From NCBI GenBank assembly GCA_963793105.1, contig CAWBZB010000004.1, forward strand, positions 220,210-284,209: a stretch of DNA of 64,000 bases. Direction: 5' to 3'. The notes beneath the pieces are model-generated. The model was given only the letters and a program-made list of their open reading frames with translations. It searched no databases and had not been told where the DNA came from. Of the stretch, positions 21,461 to 34,388 are shown in pieces (position 1 is the stretch's first letter; the number at the start of each line of letters is the position of its first letter). The stretch comes from an uncultured bacterium (lineage in GTDB: Bacteria > Actinomycetota > Actinomycetes > S36-B12). The position numbers and the translations under genes were made by a program.

Positions 21461-22368
21461 GCGGGGAAGCCGCGGACGCCGCCGAGCGTGAGGTCGGCAC
21501 GCAGCACGTCCCGTTGCGCATCCGTGGCGTCGACGAGGGGCAGCCGCACCGGACCGGCCGGCAGCCCCTGCATCTCGAGGGCCGCCTTGGTCAGGATGAC
21601 GCCCTGGGTTCGGAAGCAACCGGTGTACACGGGGAGCAGCGACGCATTGATCGCGGCCGCCTCATCACAGCGTCCGGACCACAGGGCCTGCGCCATGTCC
21701 TTGAGCCGATCCCCGACCAGATGCCCCACGACCGAGATCATCCCGGCGGCACCCAGGGCCAGCAAGGGGAGGTTGAGGATGTCGTCCCCGGAGTACCACG
21801 CCAGGCCGGTCGACGCCATTCCCCGCTGCGCGAAGTCGAGGTCACCCTTCGCGTCCTTGTTCGCCACGACCCGAGGGTGCTCGGCGATGCGGATCATGGT
21901 CTCCAGTTCGATGGCCGTGCCCGTGCGCTTCGGGATGTCGTAGGTGATCATGGGCAGATCCGTCGCCTCGGCGATCGCATGGAAGTGGCGGACCAGCCCC
22001 TCCTGCGGAGGTCGGTTGTAGTACGGGGTGACGGCCATCACCCCATGGGCGCCGACCGCGGCAGCAGCCCGGGCGGCCTCGACCGAGTGCGCGGTGTCGT
22101 TCGTGCCGACCCCCGCGATGATCGTGGCCCGGTCCCCCACCGCTTCGAGGACGACCCGCAGCACGTCGAGATCCTCTTCGTCGGTCTTGGTGGCGGACTC
22201 CCCCGTCGTGCCGTTGATGACCAGCCCGTCATGACGTAGTTCGTCCACGAGATGGGTCGCCAGCCGCTGCGCCCCGTCGAGGTCCAGGGACCCGTCGGCG
22301 TGGAAAGGACTGACCATCGCCGTCAGCATCACGCCGAACGGGCTCTTGTGGGTGGTGGGGCCGGGCAT
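21457..22368 (-). CDS. dapA: 4-hydroxy-tetrahydrodipicolinate synthase
   Basis: 303 aa with DapA-family blocks (INGTTGESATKTDEE, AVTPYYNRP). Conserved thyX-dapA-rnj order. Confidence 0.95.
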
Positions 22369-22444
22369 GGCCCAAGGGTATCGGTTCTCCGCCGGGGCCG
22401 GTCAGGGCGCGCAGCAGCCGCATGTGACGGCGGGTCGCCCCGGG

Positions 22445-23170
22445 CTAGGGAGCCACGCGGCCGTTCTTCACGAACGCCGCGTGGGTGATCGGCATGAGCC
22501 GGGACCACTCCTGCTCGTACCGCTCGGCCACCATCTCGATCTCCCGCTGCGGGTACGACGGGAAGTGCGATCCCTCCGCCTTCATGCGCAGGGACAGGAA
22601 GTTCATCAGCGAGCGGGCGTTCAGCGTGACGTAGGCACTGGAGTAGATCGACACGGGCAGGACCATGCGCGCAACCTCACGGGCGATGCCCGCATCGAGC
22701 ATGGTCTGGTACGAGCGGTACGCCGACGTGCAGGCGGCCCGCATGTCGGCCTCGATCAGGTCGTACTGATCCTCGGACCCGGGGAGGAACTCGTACGCGC
22801 CGGTCTTCCCGATCTGCACGACCGGCCGATCCCGGTTCGGGATGTAGAAGACCGGCTCGAGCTGCCGGTAGCGACCGGACTCCTCGTTGTAGCTGGCGAT
22901 GCGATGCCGCATGTGCTCACGCCAGACGAAGATCGGCGCCCGAACGAAGAACGTCATCGAGTTGTGCTCGAACGGACTGCCGTGCCGGTCGCGCATGAGG
23001 TAGTTGACGAGCCCCGCTGAACGCTCCGCGTCCGCGTTCACGTCCTCGAGGGACTGCTCGCCGGCCGTCGAGACGCGGGCCGCGAAGATGACGTCGGCAT
23101 CGGTCGCGCTGGCCCGCACGAGCTCGACGGTCACGTCGCTGCGGAAGGTGATCTCGTCGTCGTTCGTCAC
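22445..23170 (-). CDS. thyX: FAD-dependent thymidylate synthase ThyX
   Basis: 241 aa with the ThyX signature RHRIASYNEESGRY (RHRxxSxxxxSxR). Confidence 0.95.
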   Translation of the reverse strand: MTNDDEITFRSDVTVELVRASATDADVIFAARVSTAGEQSLEDVNADAERSAGLVNYLMRDRHGSPFEHNSMTFFVRAPIFVWREHMRHRIASYNEESGRYRQLEPVFYIPNRDRPVVQIGKTGAYEFLPGSEDQYDLIEADMRAACTSAYRSYQTMLDAGIAREVARMVLPVSIYSSAYVTLNARSLMNFLSLRMKAEGSHFPSYPQREIEMVAERYEQEWSRLMPITHAAFVKNGRVAP

Positions 23171-23272
23171 GGCGCCACCCTACCGACCGCGGCGAGCGGT
23201 CCGGCGACGCCGCCTCGTGCGCCGTCCCTCCCTCGGACAGAATGTCGTCCCCCCTTCAGACAGAATGGGGGC

Positions 23273-23827
23273 ATGCCTGAATCCGGAGTGAGACTGGCCC
23301 GCACGCCCGACGTCGACGCGGTCGCCGCCGTCAACGTCCGCTCGTGGCGCCAGCGCTTCGAGGGGACCTTGCCGTCCGAGGTGCTCGACTCGATGGACCC
23401 CTCCGACCTGGCCATGGTGTGGGCCAGCGGCATCCTGAACCCACCCACCGCGCTGCACCGGCTCCTCGTGGCCGTCGACGACGGTGACATCGTCGGCTAC
23501 GCGGCCATCGGACCGAGCCAGGACCCGGACGCCGAGGGCACGACCATCGAGCTGATGGCGCTCGAGGTCGACCCCGACCGGCAACGCGCCGGCCACGGGT
23601 CGCGCCTCATGGCCGCCGCAGTGGCTCACGCCGAGTCACTCGGAATGCTCGAAGCAGCCACCTGGTGCGCGGTCGACGACGAGGCACGTCGGGCGTTCCT
23701 GCAGTCGGCCGGCTGGGGCCCGGACACCGCCTACCGGGACCTGCTCGTGGGCGAAACCCCCGACGGAGAGGACCTCCTGGTCCGCGAGGCCCGGCTGGTC
23801 ACCGCCCTGGGCGTCGTCGAGGGCTGA
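23273..23827 (+). CDS. GNAT family N-acetyltransferase
   Basis: 184 aa with GNAT core LEVDPDRQRAGHGSRLMAAAVAHAESLG. Confidence 0.75.
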   Translation: MPESGVRLARTPDVDAVAAVNVRSWRQRFEGTLPSEVLDSMDPSDLAMVWASGILNPPTALHRLLVAVDDGDIVGYAAIGPSQDPDAEGTTIELMALEVDPDRQRAGHGSRLMAAAVAHAESLGMLEAATWCAVDDEARRAFLQSAGWGPDTAYRDLLVGETPDGEDLLVREARLVTALGVVEG

Positions 23828-23884
23828 TCGGCCGGCCGGACCGCACCTGCCACCCGAGTCGACGACAGCCGATAGCGTCCCCTC

Positions 23885-24574
23885 GTGCCCCACACCGACT
23901 TCGCGCCCGCGCAACGTCGTCGGGTCACGTCGAACGCCCTCGGCATCGGACTCGCGACGGGCGCGTACGGGCTGTCCTTCGGCGCGATCAGCGTGGCGAG
24001 CGGACTGGACGCATGGCAGACGCAGGGACTGTCGCTGCTCATGTTCACCGGCGCCTCACAGTTCGCCCTGGTCGGCGTTCTCGGTGCAGGAGGCGGGGTG
24101 GTCGCTGCGGTTCTCACCGCCTGGCTGCTCGGAGCCCGCAACAGCATGTACGCGCTCAGCCTGGCGCCGACCCTGCGGGTGACCGGACTCAGGCGACTGG
24201 CGGCCGCGGAGCTGACCATCGACGAGTCGACCGCAATGGCACTGGCCCACCCCGAGCCCACCGCCGCCGCCCGCCATGCCTTCTGGACAACGGGCCTTTC
24301 GGTCTACGTGCTGTGGAACATCGGCACCCTCATCGGCGCCCTGGGTGCCGCGGCGATCGGCGACCCCGCGACGCTCGGCCTCGACGCGGCGATTCCCGCG
24401 GCCTTCATCGCACTGCTGTGGCCGCGCCTGGTCGATCGGACCATGTGGGCGGTGGCCGCGGCCGGCGCGGCCCTCGCACTGGTCCTGACCCCGGTTCTGC
24501 GCCCCGGACTCCCGGTGCTGGCCGCCGGCCTGGTGGCCCTCGGTGCCTCCGCACTCCTGGGGAGGCGACGATGA
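23885..24574 (+). CDS. azlC: AzlC family branched-chain amino acid export permease
   Basis: 229 aa; GLATGAYGLSFGAISVASGL...LLMFTGASQFALVG is typical of AzlC. Confidence 0.85.
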   Translation: MPHTDFAPAQRRRVTSNALGIGLATGAYGLSFGAISVASGLDAWQTQGLSLLMFTGASQFALVGVLGAGGGVVAAVLTAWLLGARNSMYALSLAPTLRVTGLRRLAAAELTIDESTAMALAHPEPTAAARHAFWTTGLSVYVLWNIGTLIGALGAAAIGDPATLGLDAAIPAAFIALLWPRLVDRTMWAVAAAGAALALVLTPVLRPGLPVLAAGLVALGASALLGRRR

Positions 24575-24882
24575 TCTGGGCGGCGGTCCTGGTCGGATCC
24601 CTCGGGTGCTACCTGGAGAAGCTCGTCGGCTACGTCCTCCCCTCGGCCGTGGTGGACAACGAGTCCCTGCGCCGAGTGGCGGGGCTGCTCCCCGTGGCGC
24701 TGCTGGCCGCCCTCGTCGCCGTGCAGACCTTCGCGGACGGCCAGGCACTGGTCATCGACGCCCGCCTGGCAGGGGTCGCCGCCGCGGTCGTCGCCCTGCT
24801 CCTGCGCGCGCCCTTCCTCGTCGTGGTCCTGGTCGCGGCGATCACGGCAGCACTCCTGCGAGCCTGGGGACTCGGCCTGTGA
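24571..24882 (+). CDS. azlD: AzlD family small membrane protein
   Basis: 103 aa with 3-4 TM helices. ATGA overlap with azlC. It is embedded at the end of spurious track ORF 23665..24882. Confidence 0.75.
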   Translation: MIWAAVLVGSLGCYLEKLVGYVLPSAVVDNESLRRVAGLLPVALLAALVAVQTFADGQALVIDARLAGVAAAVVALLLRAPFLVVVLVAAITAALLRAWGLGL

Positions 24883-25430
24883 ACGAGCCCCGCAAGCCGC
24901 TGTTCGGCTTCCTCTGGCCGAAAGCCGACCCGAACGCACCCGTGGACGACGCGTACCGCCAGGTGCGCAAGGTGCGGATCACTCCGCGCGGCCCCCTCCG
25001 ACTCGCAGGCCTGGCGATCGCCACGACCGTCATGGTCACGACCACCGCGTCCTTCATGATGGCGACGGTGGCCGCGGGCCTGTCCGCCACGACACTGATC
25101 GGGGCGGCCCTGGCCGCCACCTTGCTGGTCGCGATCCTGCGCGGGTGGGTGGTCGGCACGTACGTGACCGACGACGGCATCTCGATCGACCGAACCTGGA
25201 GCCGTGACGTCATCCCGTGGGCGGACGTGGCGGCCATCGACTGCGAGGAGGAGCCCGCGCCCTTCCTGGGAATGCCGGTACGCGTCACGACCCTGCGATC
25301 GTCGGTGCGCCTGGCCAGCGGGCGCCGGATCCCCACGCACGTCTACGCCACGTCGCCGGACCTGTGGCTGCGCCCCGAGGCGTTCGACATGGCCCGCGGC
25401 CGGCTCGAACGCTGGCAACGCCCGACCTGA
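24879..25430 (+). CDS. Hypothetical membrane protein (2 TM plus possible bacterial PH-like domain)
   Basis: About 183 aa from a GTG overlapping the azlD stop (GTGA). Two hydrophobic helices are followed by a soluble domain (GISIDRTWSRDVIPWADVAAID). Function not recognised. Confidence 0.5.
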   Translation: MNEPRKPLFGFLWPKADPNAPVDDAYRQVRKVRITPRGPLRLAGLAIATTVMVTTTASFMMATVAAGLSATTLIGAALAATLLVAILRGWVVGTYVTDDGISIDRTWSRDVIPWADVAAIDCEEEPAPFLGMPVRVTTLRSSVRLASGRRIPTHVYATSPDLWLRPEAFDMARGRLERWQRPT

Positions 25431-25460
25431 CCGGTGCTGCCATCGCCGTGACCCGTGCGG

Positions 25461-27990
<2,530 letters not shown>

Positions 27991-27998
<8 letters not shown>

Positions 27999-30192
27999 CG
28001 GCCGCCGCGGCCTCACCTTCGAGGACGGGCACGAGCGACAGCTTGCCGCGCGAGTCGACTTCCTTGATCTCGACCTGCACCTTGCTACCGACCTTGAGGA
28101 CATCCTCAACGTTCTCGACGCGCTTGCCGCCAGCCAGCTTCTTGATCTCCGAGATGTGCAGCAGGCCGTCCTTGCCCGGCATCAGCGACACGAACGCCCC
28201 GAAGGTGGTGGTCTTCACCACGGTGCCCAGGTAGCGCTCGCCGACCTCGGGCATCGTCGGATTGGCGATGTTGTTGACCGCCGTCCGGGCTGCCTCGGCC
28301 GAGGGACCGTCCGTGGCACCGATGTAGATGGTGCCGTCGTCCTCGATGGTGATGTCGGCGCCGGTCTCCTCCTGGATCTGGTTGATGATCTTGCCCTTGG
28401 GCCCGATCACTTCGCCGATCTTGTCCACCGGGATCTTGATGCTGATGACGCGAGGCGCCGTCGGCGCCATCTCGTCAGGAGCGTCGATGGCCTCGTTCAT
28501 CACGTCGAGGATGGTCAGGCGGGCGTCGCGCGCCTGCTGCAGGGCGGCGGCCAGCACTGAGGCGGGGATGCCGTCGAGCTTCGTGTCCAGCTGCAGAGCC
28601 GTGACGAAGTCCTTCGTCCCGGCCACCTTGAAGTCCATGTCGCCGAATGCGTCCTCGGCGCCGAGGATGTCGGTGATCGCGACGTACTCCGTCTTGCCGT
28701 TCACCTCACCCGAGATGAGGCCCATCGCGATGCCGGCGACCGGCGCCCGAAGCGGCACCCCGGCGTTGAGCAGCGACATCGTGGATGCGCAGACCGAGCC
28801 CATCGAGGTCGAGCCGTTGGAGCCGAGCGCCTCCGACACCTGCCGGATGGCGTACGGGAACTCCTCACGCGACGGCAGGACGGGCAGGATCGCCCGCTCG
28901 GCGAGCGCGCCGTGTCCGATCTCGCGCCGCTTCGGGGAGCCGACGCGGCCGGTCTCGCCGGTGGAGTACGGCGGGAAGTTGTAGTTGTGCATGTAGCGCT
29001 TGCGGTTCTCGGGGTTGAGCGTGTCGACCATCTGCTCCATGCGCAGCATGTTCAGGGTGGTGACGCCCATGATCTGCGTCTCACCTCGCTCGAACAGCGA
29101 CGAGCCATGGACGCGCGGCAGCACGTCGACCTCTGCCGACAGCGTGCGGATGTCGGTCAGGCCGCGTCCGTCGATGCGCACATGATCCGTGAGGACGCGA
29201 TCACGCACGACCTTCTTGGTGACCGAGCGAAGGGCGGCGGAGATCTCCTTCTCACGCCCCTCGAACTCGACCGACAGCTCGGCCACGACGACCTTCTTGA
29301 TGTCGTCGAGGCGGGCCTCACGCTCGGCCTTGCTCACGATCGTCATCGACTCGCGGAGGTCGGCGATCGAGAGCCGCTCGACGGCGTCGTAGACATCGTC
29401 CTGGTACTCGAGGTAGACCGGGAAGTCCGCGACCGGCTTCGCCGCGGCCTTGGCGAGCTCGAGCTGTGCCTCGCACAGGGTCTTGATGAAGCCCTTCGAC
29501 GCGTCAAGACCCGCCGCCACGACCTCCTCGGTCGGCGCCGTGGCACCGCCCGCGATGAGCTCGATCGTACGAGTCGTGGCCTCGGCCTCGACCATCATGA
29601 TGGCGACGTCGTCACCCGCGATGCGGCCAGCGACGACCATGTCGAAGACGGCCTCCTCGAGCTGCTCGTACGTCGGGAACGCGACCCACTGCCCGCGGAT
29701 CAGTGCGACGCGCACGGCGCCGACCGGGCCGTTGAAGGGCAGGCCCGAGATCTGCGTCGACGCGGACGCGGCATTGATCGCCACCACGTCGTACAGCTCG
29801 TTCGGGTGCAGTGCCATCACCGTGAGAACGACCTGGACCTCGTTGCGCAGGCCCTTCGCGAAGGTGGGGCGAAGCGGGCGGTCGGTCAGTCGGCAGGTGA
29901 GGATGGCGTCCTCGGACGGGCGACCCTCGCGGCGGAAGAACGAGCCGGGGATCTTTCCGATCGAGTACATCCGCTCCTCGACGTCGATCGTGAGGGGGAA
30001 GAAGTCGAACTGGTCCTTCGGCTGCTTGGACGCGGTCGTCGCGCTCAGCAGCATGGTCTCGTCGTCGAGGTACACGGCGACGCTGCCGGCTGCCTGGCGG
30101 GCCAGGCGACCGGTCTCGAACTTGATGGTGCGCGTGCCGAACGACCCGTTGTCGATGACGGCCTGCGCGGTTGTGATCTGGGGACCCTCCAC
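27991..30192 (-). CDS. pnp: Polyribonucleotide nucleotidyltransferase (PNPase)
   Basis: 733 aa with GTG start after an AGGAGG SD. Two RNase PH domains, then KH ([21 protein letters not shown]) and S1 ([15 protein letters not shown]) domains. Confidence 0.97.
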
Positions 30193-30408
30193 GGGTGCCT
30201 CCTGTTTCTGTGACAGGGGCGCGCGCGTTCGGCAGCCAGTGGCGGTCTTCGATCGAGGCCCACGGGAGCCTGCCCTGGACGGGCGGCACCCCCGGAGGTC
30301 ACTACCGAGGACCGACGGGCGACGCGGTTGCTGCGCCCCGGATTGGTGATGATGGTCTTCATCGGTTGACGGTATTCAGTTGTCGTACTTCAGCTGCGGA
30401 TCGTGCAG

Positions 30409-30433
30409 CGGGCCCGCGTCGATGGCGGGCCCG
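30409..30433 (-). terminator. Stem-loop just downstream of rpsO (terminator/attenuator candidate in the rpsO-pnp leader)
   Basis: CGGGCCCGC-7 nt-GCGGGCCCG, a 9-bp perfect stem beginning 12 nt after the rpsO stop. There is no clear U tract. Confidence 0.45.
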
Positions 30434-30444
30434 TCATGCGAGGC

Positions 30445-30714
30445 CTACCGGCGGATGCCGAGCTTCTCGATGATCGCGCGATAGCGGTGGATGTCGGTCT
30501 TGACGAGGTACTGCAGGAGCCGACGACGCTGGCCGACCAGCAGCAGCAGGCCGCGCCGGCTGTGGTGGTCGTGCTTGTGCGTCTTGAGGTGCTCCGTCAG
30601 GTCGGAGATGCGACGCGTCAGCATCGCGATCTGGACCTCGGGGCTGCCGGTATCACCGGGCTTGGTGCCGTACTCGTCGATGATCTGCTGCTTGGTTGCG
30701 CTGTCGAGCGGCAT
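30445..30714 (-). CDS. rpsO: 30S ribosomal protein S15
   Basis: 89 aa; [38 protein letters not shown] is canonical S15. Confidence 0.97.
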   Translation of the reverse strand: MPLDSATKQQIIDEYGTKPGDTGSPEVQIAMLTRRISDLTEHLKTHKHDHHSRRGLLLLVGQRRRLLQYLVKTDIHRYRAIIEKLGIRR

Positions 30715-30847
30715 GCAACGTCCTTTTCAGTCGTCCCCGCGGGGACGGTAGAGATGACACGAGTCGCAGCGCTTCGGCAGTAGCCCCGGCCCCGCGACCG
30801 TCTTGGCACCGGTCGTGTTCGACCAGTCCGGCAAGACTACCAGCCCG

Positions 30848-32026
30848 TCAGGGCCCCTCGTCCCCACGGACGGGCTCCGCCCGACGATGCAGGGCCAGGT
30901 AGGCGCGGCGCACGCTCAGCGACCGCTCCAGGTCGCGCCGGATCCGGTCGTAGAAGTTCTCTCGGTACACCGAGTCCACAGCCGTGTAGATGGCGACGTA
31001 GAAGCCAGCGAAGGCTGCCAGGAAGGCGGCGACGCGAAGCAGCGTCCACGTCACTCCGTAGCCGTCCCCCCAGGCCCACAGGAGGGTGGACTCCGGCAGC
31101 GCCCCCAGCCACGTCGCCTGCCGCTCGACGGAGACCGTGAGCGCTCCGAAAAGCACGAAGAAGCCCCACACGATGAGCGCGAAGAGGCTGACCTGCACGC
31201 CTTGGGCGACGGCCATCACGAGGCCGGTGTTCGCCCGTTGCCGAAACGGCAGGTCGACGGGCGTGTCCAGCCCCGGGAGATCGTCGACGAGTCCCGCCAA
31301 CGGGGTTCCCTCGCAGGCGTCCGCCACCCCCTTCCTGTCTGTGCCGGACTCGATCCGTCGGATCTCCTCGGGAAGGCGTCCGACGATGAACGACACCCCC
31401 AGAACGCCGAACAGGAGCACGACGGCGCGCAGCCTGTCCCCGGGCAGGCTCCCCGCCACCTGCCACACCGACGCGTTGATGAACAGGAACGTCATGGACA
31501 GCAGAAGCAGCGGCAGGGCCCGGGTCGCCATGCGGTACAGGTCGCCAAGGCCGCGAAAGGTGTACCGCACGGCCCAGCCCAGCACCGCGATCATCGCGAA
31601 GCGGGTGATCACCCACGCGGCGCCGAGGAGCACGAGCGCCAGCCCCGCGGTGTCGAGCGCCACCTCGGCGTCTCTCGTTGTCGCGAGGGCTACCGCCGCT
31701 GGCACGACCACGAACCCGGCGAGGACCGGCCAGCCCACGCGTCGCGGCAGCGCATTCCACCGTCGCCCCCGACGCACGTTCAGCCATGCCCAGCCGCCCA
31801 GGACGGCCACCACGAGGATCAGTCCGGCGGCGGCGCCGAACGCATCCTGGAAGCTGGCTGCCGACAGCGCAATGAGGATCAGGAAGGTCGAGACGAGGAA
31901 CGGGCTGGCGCGCGTCCATACGTCGGTCGAGGAGCGGTAGTCCTCCACGAAGAACGGCAGGCCCCGACGATAGAACCAGCGCTCTGTCGCAGCCAGTTTC
32001 TCTGCAACGTCTGGGGCATCAGGCAT
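30848..32026 (-). CDS. Conserved hypothetical polytopic membrane protein
   Basis: 392 aa with at least 8 hydrophobic helices. The ATG overlaps the ribF stop by 8 nt. No family recognised. Confidence 0.6.
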   Translation of the reverse strand: MPDAPDVAEKLAATERWFYRRGLPFFVEDYRSSTDVWTRASPFLVSTFLILIALSAASFQDAFGAAAGLILVVAVLGGWAWLNVRRGRRWNALPRRVGWPVLAGFVVVPAAVALATTRDAEVALDTAGLALVLLGAAWVITRFAMIAVLGWAVRYTFRGLGDLYRMATRALPLLLLSMTFLFINASVWQVAGSLPGDRLRAVVLLFGVLGVSFIVGRLPEEIRRIESGTDRKGVADACEGTPLAGLVDDLPGLDTPVDLPFRQRANTGLVMAVAQGVQVSLFALIVWGFFVLFGALTVSVERQATWLGALPESTLLWAWGDGYGVTWTLLRVAAFLAAFAGFYVAIYTAVDSVYRENFYDRIRRDLERSLSVRRAYLALHRRAEPVRGDEGP

Positions 32027-32951
32027 CGGGACCGATCAGTTGCGCCGTTCGGGCGACGTCACGCGCCATCTGCGCCACGAGTTCCTCGACGGAATCGAAG
32101 CGCTCCTGCCCGCGCAGGCGCTCGACGAACTCCACCCGCACGTGCCGGTCGTACAGATCCAGGTCCGTGGTCCCCAGCGCGAACGCCTCCACTCGACGCT
32201 CACGTCCGTCGAACTGCGGGTTCGTGCCGACCGAGACCGCGGCCGGAAGCCGCTCGCCGTACACGTCCAGATAGCCCGCGTACACGCCGTCGGCGGGAAC
32301 AGTCGGGCGGCCGGACCACTGCAGGTTGGCCGTCGGGTAGCCGAGTTCACGACCGCGGTGGTCACCGTGGACGACGACTCCGTCGATGCCGTACGGGCGG
32401 CCCAGCGCATCGCCCGCGGCTGCAACATCACCCTGTTCGATGAGCACCCGGATCGCCGTCGACGACCAGCGATGGTCACCCTCGCCCATGAGAGGCGCGG
32501 CGACGGCCCGGAACCCGTGGCGGTCGCCCTCCGTCCTGAGGGTGTCCACCGTGCCCGCAGCCCGATGGCCGAAGCGAAAGTTCTGGCCGACGACGATCTC
32601 GCGCACGTGCAAGCGCTCCACGAGCGCCCGGTGCACGAACTCCTCGGGCGTCATTGCCGCCACGTGCTCGTCAAAGGCGATCACCTGCACGTCGTCGGCT
32701 CCGGCCAGACGAAGGAGCTCGATCCGCTGCGGCACGCTGGCGAGGGACGTCGGCGCCTGTCCCGGCCTGACGATCTCCATCGGGTGCGGGTCGAATGTGA
32801 TCGCGACGAGCGGCAGTCCGGCCTGGTCGGCGCGGGCTCTGGCCAACGAGACGAGCGACTGGTGGCCGCGATGCACGCCGTCGAAGACGCCGATGCACGC
32901 CACGCAGCCCCTCAGGTCGGCGTGCACGGATTCAAGGCTCGCGTTGTCCAT
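32019..32951 (-). CDS. ribF: Bifunctional riboflavin kinase / FMN adenylyltransferase
   Basis: 310 aa with N-terminal GVFDGVHRGHQ and a C-terminal riboflavin kinase block (GYPTANL...GVY). Confidence 0.93.
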   Translation of the reverse strand: MDNASLESVHADLRGCVACIGVFDGVHRGHQSLVSLARARADQAGLPLVAITFDPHPMEIVRPGQAPTSLASVPQRIELLRLAGADDVQVIAFDEHVAAMTPEEFVHRALVERLHVREIVVGQNFRFGHRAAGTVDTLRTEGDRHGFRAVAAPLMGEGDHRWSSTAIRVLIEQGDVAAAGDALGRPYGIDGVVVHGDHRGRELGYPTANLQWSGRPTVPADGVYAGYLDVYGERLPAAVSVGTNPQFDGRERRVEAFALGTTDLDLYDRHVRVEFVERLRGQERFDSVEELVAQMARDVARTAQLIGPDA

Positions 32952-32963
32952 CGCCGGCCCACC

Positions 32964-33855
32964 CTAGGCGAAGACAGCGAGGTAGCGCGCAGTCCCGGCA
33001 TCGTCCTCCGCCAGCGCGATGAACTCCCCGTCCGGGCCGAGGAGCGCGACCGTGGGACCTGCCGGCCCCGGAGCCGACCACGCGATGCGTCGGCCCGTCC
33101 GCGCGTACGCCGCCTGCGTCTCGTCCAGGCGCCAGACGGGGAAGGTCGCCAAGGCGACCTCATCCATGGACAGCAGCGCGGACTCGCCCGTCTCCTCGAT
33201 CTCGGCCAGGGTGCGCGCCTGGTGCTCCGCGAAGGGACCCACTCGGGTGCGCCGCAGTTCCGTGAGGTGCCCGCCCACGCCCAGGGCCTCCCCGAGGTCC
33301 CGGGCGATGGCGCGCACATACGTACCGGTACTGCACTCGACGACGACGTCCACGTCGACGAACTCCGGCAGGCGACGTACGTCCGTGACGTCCAGGCGGC
33401 TGACGACGACGCTCCGCGGGGCCAGGTCGACCCGCTCGCCAGCCCGGACGCGATCGTAGGCACGCCGGCCGTCCACCTTGACTGCGCTGACCGAGCTGGG
33501 TCGCTGCTCGATGGCACCGGTGAGACCTGCCAGTCCGGCGCGGATCTCGTCCGTCGCTCACGCGGGCCAACGCGGTTGCATCGGCCCGGGAGACATCGTC
33601 CCCCTCGCGGTCGTCGGTCACGGTGGCCGCCCCGAGCCGAATCGTGGCCCGGTACTGCTTGTCTCTGAGGGCGAGGTGTCCCAGCAGTCGGGTGGCTCGC
33701 TCGACCCCGATGACCAGGACCCCGGTCGCCATCGGGTCAAGCGTGCCGGCGTGCCCGACCTTCCGGGTCCCCAGGATCCGCCGGATCCGTGCGACGACGT
33801 CGTGGGAGGTCATTCCCCCGGGCTTGTCGACCACGAGGACACCGGACGACGTCAC
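32964..33855 (-). pseudogene. truB: tRNA pseudouridine(55) synthase TruB, frame broken once
   Basis: The N-terminal frame (ORF 33160..33855) reads [14 protein letters not shown]...[14 protein letters not shown]...[15 protein letters not shown] and then turns into Arg/Gly junk. The C-terminal frame (ORF 32964..33476) extends upstream as [34 protein letters not shown]. The switch lies within about 33550-33560. Confidence 0.85.
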
Positions 33856-34304
33856 GCGCCGTCCGGAACCGCGTCGTCCTCGGCAGCTGCCGGATGGCGG
33901 TAGGGATCGGCCTCACCGGCGAAGCTGGCCTTGGCGGCCTGCTCGTGAACCGCCGCATCGGCGTCGGCGGCCACCTTCAGTAGCTCCTCCAGGTGCGCGG
34001 CCGTCTCCGGGATCGCGTCCGGGATGAATTCCAGCGTGGGGGTGAACTTCACACCCGTCTGCTTGCCGACCTCACTGCGCAGGACGCCCTTCGCAGACTC
34101 CAGGGCGAGGGCGGTCGACGCCCGGTCATCCTCGTCGCCGTAGACCGTGTAGAACACCGATGCCTCGCGGATGTCGGCGGTGACGCGGACGTCCGTGACG
34201 GTGATGAAGCCCAGGCGCGGGTCCTTGATCCGCTTCTCCAGGGTCTCCGCCACGATCACCTTGATCCGGTCGGCCATCTTGCGCTGCCGTGCCTCGCTGG
34301 TCAT
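33852..34304 (-). CDS. rbfA: Ribosome-binding factor A
   Basis: About 150 aa from the ATG at 34304 (AAGGAG SD 5 nt upstream). [28 protein letters not shown] is the RbfA core. The stop overlaps the truB GTG (GTGA). Confidence 0.9.
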   Translation of the reverse strand: MTSEARQRKMADRIKVIVAETLEKRIKDPRLGFITVTDVRVTADIREASVFYTVYGDEDDRASTALALESAKGVLRSEVGKQTGVKFTPTLEFIPDAIPETAAHLEELLKVAADADAAVHEQAAKASFAGEADPYRHPAAAEDDAVPDGA

Positions 34305-34388
34305 GCCCACTCCTTGCCCCCCGTGCGGGGACCGATTCGCCCGCTAGCCGGGAGAAGCCGTCAAAAACACCCGATCCGCGACCCCATC

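Noticed and set aside
21461-21619. N-terminal extensions in the longest-ORF track for rnj, MFS (to 8465), lhr (from 9056), rseP (to 47072), potC (to 57926), agmatinase (to 55356), FAD oxidase (to 56977), TauE (to 41171) and the M16 peptidase (to 28109).
   Set aside because: The extensions overlap the upstream gene, are Arg/Pro/Gly-rich, and end where a start codon coincides with the upstream stop (ATGA/GTGA or 8-nt overlaps) and the family-typical N-terminus begins.
23230-23272. The direct repeat GACAGAATG x2 and a C6/G5 complementary pair in the thyX / GNAT divergent spacer.
   Set aside because: It is short (9 nt) and has no recognisable match to a known operator. It may simply be overlapping -10-like elements, and I could not support more.
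30045-30362. A 105-aa minus-strand ORF ([14 protein letters not shown]...) starting in the pnp leader and running into pnp.
   Set aside because: It has no SD, its composition is Arg/Pro-rich, and it overlaps the real pnp start out of frame. It is more likely structured leader RNA than a leader peptide.
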